From positions 620,001 to 684,000 of the forward strand of contig CM060733.1 of the NCBI GenBank assembly GCA_030704615.1: a stretch of 64,000 nucleotides of DNA. Direction: 5' to 3'. This document shows positions 12,410 through 23,821 of this stretch, piece after piece. Within the stretch, counting starts at the first letter, position 1. Each line of letters opens with the position of its first letter. The translations under genes and the position numbers were made by a program. Source of the DNA: Takakia lepidozioides (taxonomy: Eukaryota > Plantae > Bryophyta). Under the pieces are notes generated by a model. It saw nothing but the letters and a program-made list of their open reading frames with translations, did not search any database and had not been told where the DNA came from.

Positions 12410-14498
12410 GTTTGATATGTGATAAAAAAAAATGGCAGCAATGAAGGCTGTATGTACTAAACCTTAAACCTTTCCAACTGTTATTTTTGTTTCTCTTAAC
12501 GTGCTTTATTGTTTTTTTTTCTCAAATGTTATGTTTTGGATTTTGACCTCTATTTCTGTTATCTGATATATATATATATATATGTTATAATTTTTCTGCT
12601 CCATAGGCATAACAATTATGCACGGTCGATTGTAACAACATCCTAATTCTTGGCGACAAGCCTCAGCACCTCGCGATCGAAGCATGCGACACCATCTCCT
12701 CGGGCAACGCAACGTTTTGGCGACGGCCAGCCCCTCCACCCCGCTGTGCCTGACGATCGGACGGTGGAGGGTGGTGCACATGGCGAAATCTGGCTGAAGC
12801 CCGGCGCGATGGGACGCCAACCCCCGGGTTTCCCAGGCCAAAACACAGGGTTCCCCTAGTGCTTTCTGGCACCAGCTGGCCAGGGCCCCGCCCCAATCCG
12901 GCGATATTTTTTATTTTTGCCCCTGAAAATCGCAAAGGGGTGTCGCGGGCCCTTGGATTTTGGTGCTTTCAGGCTTTTTTTTTTGCCTAAAAAGGAGGGG
13001 CTGGTCATACCACCTTCACAAGTCCACTGGACGTTGCATCATGTAGATAGTTGAAACAGTTACAGGGTCATGCTTACATCAAATTTGAATGATCTGGAAG
13101 TATACAAGGAGATGGTATTGAAAGGGCTTTCTTCTGAATTGAATTGCTATAAAAGACATTCATCACAAATATTGAAACACATGATACCTTTACCCCAATA
13201 TGTACAGCGGCACCACATAGATGAAATGCCAATCCCAATTCCACCCAAGATCTAGTTTGCTATTAGACCCTGAAAACGAGGTTGCGTGTCACTCACCCTA
13301 GACAAACTAACACACCGTTGTTTACGAATTCAAGGAATGTTGAAGGGATTCAAGAAAGTATCTTAAATGAATCTTATACCTAGGTTTAGAACAAATCTCC
13401 TAAAGTCCCGGGGTATTAATGCATTGATATCCCGATTGACGCAGAACTGCCTCCTAGGTAATGTCAAAGTTTTCGGAAGAGAGTGAGCTGCACACATTGG
13501 ATGTCCTTGCAAATTCTAGCCATTCTGTAGTCTTGTATTTGTCGACCCTGTTGGACATGAAGCCGCTTGAATCCACCTTGAGACTGAAATTTTGGGAATC
13601 CTTGCGATCATGGACCCTGTTTCCAGTCAATGGAGCACTTGTTCATGTTCAGAGAAAGGAAGAGTACTCAAGGTAGATTTAGAATAAATCTCATTGTGCT
13701 TGGGATAACAAATCTCTCGGGTAGCTTGGGATATTGGGAGGACATTTTGTAAGGCAAGACAACTCAAAGGGTGTTGCACATATTGACCAGGTGGTTGAGA
13801 GCAAGAGAGTTAGACAAAGAGTGTGCCAAATATGGAGCAACCATGCCACTTTGGGAGAGTAGATAACATGGTTTCATATGTGGAGAATATGTTGACAGAA
13901 GGGATGACGTTAAAAGACATTGCCGAGGCTTTCTCGATGAGCGATGTACGACAATGGGAGAGATTGATGAGCAGGGCTATTGGTGAACCATTTGGAGTGT
14001 TCCACACATTTACAACAGAAGAGTTGTGTCGTATATAGAAGAGTTGCTGCCAACAAACCAAAACGGAGTCAATTGGGGAGTGCGCCAGGTGAGGGCAACC
14101 TTGCACGCTAAGAATGTGAGGGTTTCTCGCCCCCAAGTTGATGCAACGTCACTTTGAATCCTTCGACTACGTAGAGAACAGACACTTGTGAGGATGCAAT
14201 ATAATGTCACAATGCCCATGGCATTATGGCATATGGATTGTGAGTACTATTCTCTAATTGAATGCATTATAGACCGGTGTAAAGAGAAGATGAATTTTTG
14301 CAGGCTGATTGAATATAGATTCGGCTCTGGGTATTTACAAACATCCAAAACCACATGTCTTAGTATCGGAAAAATAATGAGGTATAGGGATTTGAGCACC
14401 AAGTCCCTTGAAGATTAATGGAGTTCCCTACAGGCTACCGCTAAGCCAATAACAAATGCTCTACATATTTTCTACTATAAAGTCTATTTATACAGAGT

Positions 14499-15161
14499 CT
14501 ATATATATATATGCTTCTCATTGTTGAATAATTGGGAGTTTAAGGCTCATGTGTGCGCCAGGCAGCGGGCCCCACGCACGGACGTCGGGCGCCCTTGGGT
14601 GGCCCCGCCGCGACCCATGACCCGGCCCGGGTGGGTCTGCCGCGAGGTAGGGTCCGCAGGCCCTGACCCTAGGCGGCGTTGGAGCTAACTACAGCTATTT
14701 TCTAGGTTAAGAGAGAAAAAAAAATGTTGGGGTATTAGCAAGCAGCGGGTAGTGTGGTGGTTGGGTGCATTGAGTGGTACCTATGAGATTGTGGGTTCAA
14801 ATCTGGTTGTGCAAATGTGTCTTAACGATGGTTCCAGCTGGTGCTGCACGTGTATTAATGACCCTCTTTTTGATGGGCGAGTTTTCTCGCAAAAATTTCT
14901 AAGTCCCGCGGGCGGGCTGCGGCACGACGAGCAGACCAGGCGCGACGAGCAGACCATTCAGTTGGACCCAAGACCCGTGAGGAAACCCGACCTGAGCGCG
15001 GACCCGACCCGACCTATCAACAGACCCAACCTGCGAGCAGACCCGGACCCTCCGGGTGGTCGCGGGGACGCCCGACGTCCGTGCATGGGCCCGCTGCTTG
15101 GCGCACACGTGCGCCTTAAATTCCCAATTATTCAAAAATGAGAGGATATATATATATATAG
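14499..15161. mobile_element. MITE/foldback element with ~95-bp terminal inverted repeats, in a (TA)n site
   Basis: 14499-14595 is the reverse complement of 15066-15161 (ctatata..tctcatt.ttgaataattggga.tttaaggc.ca.gtgtgcgcca.gcagcgggccc..gcacggacgtcgggcg). Confidence 0.85.
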
Positions 15162-16478
15162 GAAAATGGGCATCATTGGTGGTTCCACGTCCTCCCATCC
15201 ACTCGGAATGGGGCAATGTCTTATAGGCGGTCGGTAGGATCTAGCTCCTCGGTTATAAAATGCCTTCGTAAAAACCTTCAGATTTTTTGGCTTTGTTAAA
15301 ATTAGGACCTTGGTTTTTTTCCCAGGGACGGGGGCTGTAATCCCATATTTTATGGATCTATTATTCTTAATATTGGACAGACAATTTTCAAACTTGGGCA
15401 ACGATTGTTGTTACTACAAAGATATTGCTCCTTCATGAAATAGGCGTAAAATTATACTCGGATGGTACACATGTATTTAAACCGAGTATCAAATGGCTTC
15501 AAATGCCAATCTTATGATTTTCTCGCTGATCCAAAAGAGTGTCTTAGTCTACACTTCTACATCACTCCATCCAAAGGACGCCAATGGGCTGCACCCTCAC
15601 AAGGCTCCATAGGAATCTCAGTGTCAGAGCATCAACAAGATCCGGAATAGTGACATCGCCAAATTTCAATTTAGTACTACCAAGATGATGAATGGGAAGA
15701 ATATATGTTTCCACATTCAGAGGATCTATCAATATGGTAGAGGTGATATCAACAATATCAGACATGGTACGGTAAGAAACATCAATAGTAGTGCACGATG
15801 AAGGATCTAGAATGCTAGTCAAAAGAGCATTTGTAATGCCACCATCAGTGTCACCAAAAAAAGAAAAAAAAAGTATGACGCCTCCCGAAGGGAGTGTAAC
15901 TTATGGTGGATGGCCTTGCGTGGTGCATGCAGAGTCCGTGGCAATGTGGAGATGGCTGAATGGGCAAAGGAGGCAAGTGGCAAAGAAGCCATGTCACTGG
16001 TGTTTTAGCCATCACAACAACTTCAGTAGTCTGATTCTCTGAGACATGCAAATTGAAGCAAGGGCTGTAATATCCACAAGCATGACCATCTCCGCCAAGA
16101 AGATGGCCAAAGCTTTCAACAGATCGTCGGAGCCGCTTTGAGCTAGAAGACAAAGCCTACGTGTTCTCACACAATGTTGCCAAAAAGCAACACGCCATGG
16201 AGGTGATTTGGGAGCATCTTCCATAGGAAAACAATATAAGAATCTACAAAGTTATGCAGCCGAGAGCTCTAAAACGCTGCAACGGGGGGAAAAAAAAAAT
16301 CAAGAAATGCTGAAAAACAGATCAAAGAAGCGCAAAGAAACATCATCTGGAGTCATAAGGCAGAACAACTGGATCTTCAACAACTGCTAGACCTGCAAGA
16401 GAAGAGCACTAAGCATTCACGCCATAAAAACCAAAACAACCTTCATTTAGTCTGATGAGTGAGCTACAATTACGTACT

Positions 16479-16575
16479 AGGTAATGGCGGTTGCGGCATC
16501 ACCGTGGATAATGGAATTGGAGTGGTGAGCGGCGGTAGGTATCCACGGTGATGCCGCTCCCGGGCGCCATTACCT
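16479..16575. repeat. Hairpin H1 (AGGTAATGGCG...CGCCATTACCT) upstream of tyrosine recombinase gene 1
   Basis: Outer 11-bp arms plus inner 18-bp arms gcggcatcaccgtggata / tatccacggtgatgccgc. Confidence 0.9.
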
Positions 16576-16867
16576 TATGTGATTGGCAGTTAGCGAGTTA
16601 TTCCACGTTAGCTTTGACAGCTCACCAAACACGTAGCTCACATATAAGGTTTGTTATATCTCAATTCTTGATCTCCTTCTGGCTCTTTCTTTCAGTGCAG
16701 ACGCTTGTCTCCTTCATCTGCATATGCTTCGACCTAGTTTGTCTGTGCTTTTCAGTTCTAGTTCCTTATCTTGTCTGACATGTTAAGATCTCATAAATTG
16801 TTTCAGATTCAAGATTTTGGATCTGTAGAGTAATACTTAGAATTCTTGATCATTCAATTCGAACAAG

Positions 16868-19718
16868 ATGGTGCGTGCGCCTGGAAGTCGAGGTCGTGGA
16901 AGTCGAGGTCGTAGACCTCCACTGAGGCTCCACGAGTACCTGATCGGTATCCTTTGATGCCTATGGAGAATGTTGTTGATGGTGTGCCGGAGGCGAGGTC
17001 CGATTATTATAGGACAATCAAAGGTTCATATTACAAGGGTCGGCCCGTTGTTGCTAATGAGGTGGTCAATACTACTTGTCATGATGAGACTCCAAGCAAT
17101 CCGATTACCAAGTTTGCAACCTCAAGCGTCAAGGCTGTGACATTAAACTCAGATGTGAGTAAGAGCTAGATTCTTGAATTGTTTTGCTCATTTTTAGTTG
17201 CCTTGTGGTTTCATTATCTAGCTTTAATAATATGCTTTTGTAGCATCATTGATCATTTTGTTTTATATATTTATGCAATTGTTTCTAACATATTTATGGT
17301 TTCTATTCAGGATCAAGGTCTGAGCACACACATGAGTGACATATGTTCATTTGATGTAGGAATCGATGAACTAAATAACATTGACAATGAAAGCGAAGCT
17401 TTCACAGAGGCTACCAAATATTTTGCGGACATGCAGTCAAACGAAGCTAATGATGATGAGGAAGCTGTCTGCACTGAACTCTTTGGTGAGGATCTGAGCT
17501 TAATCTTGTTAATGTTGGAGGAAGAAATAAGAGCCTTGGTCCAGAGATGTGGTTTCGGAAACGATTTTCAAAATGGAGGATCGCAACTTAGAAAGACGAT
17601 ACTATTCCCTTGAAAGAACTGCCTTTAGATGTGCTGGCAGATTACATGGTTCCCTTCATACTTCAAGTTCGGAAACTGAATGGCGAATAATATCTTTCAG
17701 CCTCCTTGTGTCATATGTTCCGTGCTTTGGGAAGGATTATCAGACAACACCAAATAAAGAAGGTTTGCCGCACTAGGGTTGATGAGGTCCCTATTCTCAT
17801 TAATCAACATGCATACTTTGAGAATGCCAAGCTTTGGTGGTTGCAATGGACAGGTACATTAAACTGGGTGCCAATAAGAGATGTGTCAAATCTGACCCTA
17901 TTACCTGGAAAGACAAGTTGGAGTGCTTGGCAGATCCAGACCATGCCATGACTCATCTCATCGGTTGTCAGAAACGATTTTGTTTCTATGCTTTGTCGCG
18001 ATTCTGTCTAAGAGGACACTCAGAGATATATAATGTTCTTGATATCATTTTTTCTGAAGGCAAAGATATTCGTGATGTAAGTATATCGCCTTGTTTGTTT
18101 TTATGTCCAGCTTTTTAACTGGATGTTTTTAACATGTTGTCGATAGGGCCATCTTCCAAGTTTATATCCATTTGATATGGTCTTTGTAGGTACAGTGAGC
18201 GGGACACAAAAATTACAGAGCATCTCCTACCAAATATCAGGAAGAGCACTTCCGAGAACCTGTTGTGTACTACGAATCTGATGTGGTTCTAACCTACCGC
18301 CAACTTGTGCGGCATTAGCCATGCAAAGGGGATCCAACAATTGGACGACACTTGTTCTTTCAAGCTATACATGGCTATCCAAAGACTGCGGTGAATGTTC
18401 TCTTGATCTTTAAGTTTTTTACATTTGCAATTTATGACTAATTGCTTCCTTGGCTTTCAAGGTTTATTCCGACCTAGTTATGGTTTATTATGCAGGCATG
18501 GTACAATCCGAACAATCTGGGGGTGAAAACGATCGCCAATTGGGTAAAGAGCATGTTCAATCTCGTTGGAGCTGAGGATCAGTTTACAAACAAGTCACCC
18601 CGCTATGCAACTGTTCAAAGGTTTGTACAACTTGCAAAAATTGGTTGTTGCTTATCTCGTATTTCTCTGGTTTGTAAGTATTATCTGTCTTTTTGTATTG
18701 CTGCTTACTTGCTTCTGATCTAGATCTTATTATGAAATAACATGAAGACGACATTAATTAACTGCAGGATGATAGCTGCTGGTGTGCCAACACATGTTGG
18801 CATGTCGATCACCGGTCATAAACATGAAGCAAGCTATAGGAGATATGACCAATCGATGAAGCTGTTACACTGAGATGGCTGCAATAGAGGTTATTACTGA
18901 CCCTTTTGACAAAAATGGCAAGAGACTGACATATGAAGAGATCCTCGAAGATCTTGTTGACCGCGGAGAAAACTTTGATCTACATGGCCACCAAGCAAAA
19001 ACACTGTTGATCAGTGTTTTTGATCATGTACCGGATGGAGATGTAGTGATTTCTTGTGGATTTGACTCACCGAAGCTTTTGCCATTGGAGTCTTTAGCAG
19101 CGTCTGGACATCATCCTCTCAGTGCACCACCCGTCACTTATATTAACACAGAATTTGCATGCATTACTGGAGATGTCATCATCTCAAAAGTAACACCCGG
19201 TCCTTGTTTAGATCATGTAATAGATCATGGTCAAAGTACTGATAAATATCTGAGCTTTGATTTCAATACTAAAGATTGTCTTAATGAGACTATAATTTTG
19301 ACAACAGATTATCCATCTGTAGCTCCTAATCTCACATACAAAAGAAAGGCAAAAGTGGACAATCTTCCGTTTTCATCTGCTGGAACCGGTAAGTCCATAA
19401 TATAACCAACTTTATTTTTTGCATTGTATTTCCTTTGATGATTATATGGTTCTTACAAATGTTTTTTGGTTGGCAGATATACAACTATTGGCAAGCAGTT
19501 CCCAAGATAGCTCAGTCCCACCGAAAACCACTGCTACTACTCTTCCTGCTTTTCCAAGCCATGCAGGAGTTGAGAAGGAATTGTTAGAAAGCAAGTTCTG
19601 GGAAGAATGTGACTTTGAATGGCTTGCAAAAGTTTGGCCTGAATCCCGCAAGTTTTTGGGGCCTACTACTATCAGACTGTCACCAACAACATCGGCCAAC
19701 GTTTCTCTAATTGTGTAG
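16868..19718 (+). pseudogene. Intron-containing Crypton/DUF3504-like tyrosine recombinase (YR1), frameshifted
   Basis: FILQVRKLNGE..SL..MFRALGRII; KSDPITW..; FCLRGHSE (catalytic R); WY...LGVKTI..W; FTNKSPR; after an intron MIAAGVPTHVGMSITGHKHEASYRRY (H...Y). GT-AG introns at ~17155-17309, 18077-18190, 18392-18495, 18621-18767, 19389-19476. Confidence 0.8.
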
Positions 19719-20077
19719 TTGACATTACTGCCGATCCTGCCATGTTGCAGCATTTTCTTGATCGGAAGTACATAACTAACTTGGCAAAGGAACAATCATA
19801 TTTTAGAACACTTACATCCTACTAACATAGTTCAGCCCAACGAAGTGTATACACGTGCCCACATTGTTAATGGGTATCAATACTTTGAATACATCAATTG
19901 ATAAATTCGATTCAGGGAAAATATTATATGGGATAGGGAAAGAAATTACGGGAAGTAATAAATCAAGTAAACCCTGGATTGACGAGCTACAACCAATTAC
20001 ATGACAATGAAACCCTAGTGGCAATGCAGAGGAGAAACGGGCAGTCTCGAAAACGAGCAGCTTCGTTTTTTTACGAA

Positions 20078-20189
20078 AGGTAAAGCCCTCGCCCTTGGAC
20101 TTTCTTGGATTTTCGACCCGTGCCCTCGGGCTCCGCCCTCGGAACAGGCGCCTCAAATCGAGGAAAGTCCTCAGGCGAGGGCTTTACCT
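20078..20189. repeat. Hairpin H2 (AGGTAAAGCCCTCGCC...GGCGAGGGCTTTACCT) between YR1 and YR2
   Basis: Perfect 16-bp outer arms, inner arms ggactttc..gattt / aaatc..gaaagtcc; loop contains ccctcgggctccgccctcgg. Confidence 0.9.
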
Positions 20190-20699
20190 CTTACGTAAAG
20201 AACCGGGCCATATTTCTTAGTGTGTAAATATGTTCCTTATCTAGCTGAATGCCCCGCCAGTGCGTGAGGAAGCAATATGGCGCGATGTATTGCACAGTGC
20301 ACATTATACTTGGTATAATGCATCGCCCTCATCTTTGGGGGTTCGAATCTTTTCTTTACTGAAATTATTCAAACAACTTCTGTTGTGTACATGAATTCGC
20401 AACAATGTGCCACACTTTCTACGTATCTACAATGGCAATGTGCCGAACACAAACCCTAATCACTCATTTCCATTCGCAGGCTCCTTCTGGACAAGTGCAG
20501 CACGTAGCAGATTGGCTGCTTGAATAACATCACTTGCCACATTCAGTGTAATAATGTTGCAGTTTTGCATATTGTTAAACTGCCCAACCTACACACGAAC
20601 TATAATAGCAGGAAAATGATGCAACATCGAAGTATCACGTTGCACCAGCTCACGTTCAGCCTACATAAACAATTCATCAGGGCATGTCGAACAAATTTT

Positions 20700-21837
20700 C
20701 CTCATTCCCCTTAGCCAGAAGGGATTTTCCTGCAGTCTCCAACGCACTGGGATGAACCGCCGCATTAGGGTGAACAATGACAAGATTATTAGGAATAGAA
20801 CCTAAAATCTGCCGAGGTATAGGAGACTCCATCTCCAAAACAGAACCCTGTTGGACCTTTAGCGTAGTATGCTTGGACTTCGTCCTGTAAAGCATCAACG
20901 AACAGCAGGGGTTTGCCTTCGCATTTTTCACCAGAAATAATACGTTGAGCTGCCCAGTCTTGCAACATCTTGTCAACACGAGAATCCCTTCTCGTAGCTC
21001 TCCTCATCGCGATGCCCCGTTATCTGCATCCATGTCCTCGAAGGCACAAATGCCTCTTGCATACGAGTTATGCCGGTGCTCCTTCCCGACTTATTGGAAA
21101 TGATCTTATCCTTCAAACCTGGAACTCCACTGGTCATCTTTCTTGTCTTGCCCCCTAGCGTGTTCCTGCCGACAGGCCCTTTCGAGAACCACACGGCGTC
21201 GTTGGGTTCAAATTTCGAAAGCGGCGTGAGAAACAACGGGTGAGGAGGCTTTTCCTCCACACTAAAAACAGGTCGGTGCGATATAAGTACCTCAAAGGTA
21301 CTATGGATAACATTAGCAACAGGGCACATCACAGGTTTACGGAGGTTCTGAACTCCGCATTTTTCAATACCTACCTTGGAGGTTTTCGAAAGCCCTGGAG
21401 TGTATTTCAAAACTTTGCTGAGAACAGTATTGGTATTTTGTAAAGTCCTGCATCTTGGTAGCACATATCTCCGACGCAACACGGATGAAGAAATTCCTGC
21501 AGTTTGACCTTAACACTCGCCAATTTGACACCAGCATTTTGCAATTTGGCATCTAGCAATTCGACTTTAATCGCCGAGTACAAACTGTAAGCGAATTGTC
21601 ATCTACACATTGTGCAGTGAACAAATAAGCAGCAGATACTTCTTTTGTAGAATTGACAGCAGGTTTCACATCCAATTCGACCTCAGCAACATGAATATCA
21701 GAATCAAGAACAATTTCTTTAGGCAGGTCTGAAAAATTCACTCCAAGATCAAAATTCGGCAATTCCACTTCCCTGCATTGGCGTTTAGCAGACACGTCAT
21801 CCTCTCTTTCAATTTTAGCCTCCATCGCCACAAGCAA
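20700..21837 (-). pseudogene. Second Crypton/DUF3504-like tyrosine recombinase (YR2), internally deleted
   Basis: KYTPGLSKTSKVG; LFLTP; WFSKGPVGRNTL; ISNKSGRSTGITRM...MQITGHRDEESYEK. The LRG segment is missing and the catalytic Tyr is disrupted. Confidence 0.75.
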
Positions 21838-21989
21838 TCACCGCAACAGAGCGTCAAGTACTACCGAAAACAAGCCACAACACGACTGACACCAAACAAG
21901 AGCTATAAAAGAAAAGCCACGTGCCAACGCCAAAATGACCTACTAAAGAAAACGGGAAAGAAAAAGAAATATGGCCTGTTTCTTTACGC

Positions 21990-22093
21990 AGGGTAACTTA
22001 TGCCCCTTGTGTGGGGCAATCCCGGATTTGAGGGCCAGACCCCAGGGTCAGGCCCTCAAATCCGGGAATGCCCTCCACTCAGGGCATTACCCT
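21990..22093. repeat. Hairpin H3 (AGGGTAA...TTACCCT) upstream of YR2
   Basis: Inner 16-bp arms cccggatttgagggcc / ggccctcaaatccggg. Flank 21964-21996 approximates the reverse complement of 20184-20218. Confidence 0.85.
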
Positions 22094-22439
22094 ATACCTT
22101 CAATATGGCGACAGGTGCCTCCCTCTTCCTGCCCCCTTGGCGAATAATGGGCCCACCAAATGAGCTGTCAAAATCCTTGAAATTCTTAACCTCATTTCCC
22201 TAGCCCGCCAGGACCCGCGCGAGGGCGGAATCTGAGGGTAAAAGAATGGCTGCAGTGAGGCGAGATGGAAGAGACCTATAACCGTTCAACGCATTTGGAG
22301 ATGCATTCGTCCATAGGACGATGTGGCGTACTAGCAGACTGTGCGGTCATAGGTCTATGTTCGGTGATAGGCCAATATAGCCTAGGCGGCACATCGACCA
22401 TCCTCGCTGCTCTTGGAAGAGGATCTAAAGGAGTCAACT

Positions 22440-23128
22440 GCTGATTTGACAACACCAGAGTATTTCACAAAATGTCTGAACGGAGTACCTATACATGGAC
22501 CACAATGGTAGCAGGTTATGCCAAGCATGGGTTTGGTAGGGATGTTCTGGAGATCGAGGCAAATGCAACAGAAAGGCGTGACGGCGGACAAGGTCATGCC
22601 CAGCACGGGTGTTGGACAAGCATTTCAGATCTATCAGCACATGCAAGATGAAGTGTTTATACCGGACAGGGTCACCTTCATATGTGTTCTCAATGCATGG
22701 GCAAGCCTAGGAGCCCTGGAAAAAGGCAAAGAGGTCCATGCTGAATCATCAAAGCCGGAGTTCCATCATATGTGAATTTGGAGAATGCGCTTGTTGAGAT
22801 ATACGCCAAATGTGGGAGCACGATGAATGCTTTGAGAATGTGGTTAAGCGGAATGTGGTCTCATGGACTGCGATGATTGCAGTATGTGCTCATCACGGTT
22901 GTGGTAGGGAGGCTTTCAATAACAATGAGCAAATGCAGCAGGAAGGGGTGACACCCAACCGGATCAGGTTCATTTGTGTTCTCCATGCATGTGCCAACCT
23001 AGGAGTCCTGGAAATGGGCAAAAAGGTCCGTGCTGACATAATCGAAGCTGGAATTGTGTTAGATAGTAATCTGCAGATAACCCTGGTAAACATGTTTTTC
23101 AAATGCGGGAGTGTGAAGGATGTACATG
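22440..23128 (+). pseudogene. Decayed PLS PPR repeats
   Basis: WTTMVAGYAKHG, VTFICVLNAWASLGALEKGKEVHA, VVSWTAMIA..., with frameshifts. Confidence 0.85.
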
Positions 23129-23378
23129 AGCCAGGTGCAGACTCAGAGTGACGCCTAGTTTCAGGCCCTGATTCATTGCCGGGTACACCCTGCGATCCAG
23201 CGTTGTTGGGTTGAGCCTGCTGGGACTGATCCTCAGCTGCATGCAGCACCTCCCGCGCCAAGTTCTTAAGCCCATCCAGCACAGAATGCTTGACGCTGCT
23301 GAGCAAAGAATCCATGGCTGCCACCTTGCTCACACCAAACGGCCAAGTGGGCAAGGTCATTGTACACACCAAGTATGC
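23129..23378 (-). pseudogene. Inverted partial copy of EndoU exon 1 with 5' flank
   Basis: MDSLLSSVKHSVLDGLKNLAREVLHAAEDQSQQAQPNN.GSQGVPG.ES..ETRRHSESAPG is near-identical to 30510-30696. Confidence 0.9.
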
Positions 23379-23821
23379 CGGGTAGCTGGTAGTTGTCTTT
23401 ATGAAGGTTAGTTAGTAAGCTAAATGGCAAGTTGGTTTAGAAGTTGTTTGTGATTCTTGTACTGTGTGATAAAGGGCGTGGTGATACGCACACTTACAGT
23501 TAGGCACCCAGAAATGAGTCAGTTTACTTATTTGAGACCCCACTTACAGTTACTTCACAATTGAAGTTAATGGGTGCACTACTACTACTACTACCATTCC
23601 CTGCAGTCTGCCGACGGCTCATCTGCAACTAGAATTTCTGTGACTTCATTGCTGCTTTCATATGATCACTTGTGAATGATGATCATCAACAGGGGCAAAC
23701 ACAGAAATCGAGGCGTTCACTGTCCACAAATCTTCTGACTCTACTCTTTGCTTACTGATTAATTGTTGTCTGTCCACCCTCATGCTCAAATCAAAGCATT
23801 TCTTTCATACAAATTGCTTAT

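Noticed and set aside
14745-14810. tRNA gene
   Set aside because: A/B-box-like motifs only; no complete cloverleaf.
20973-21482. DIRS retrotransposon
   Set aside because: No RT/RNase H or split/inverted LTR structure is linked to either YR gene.
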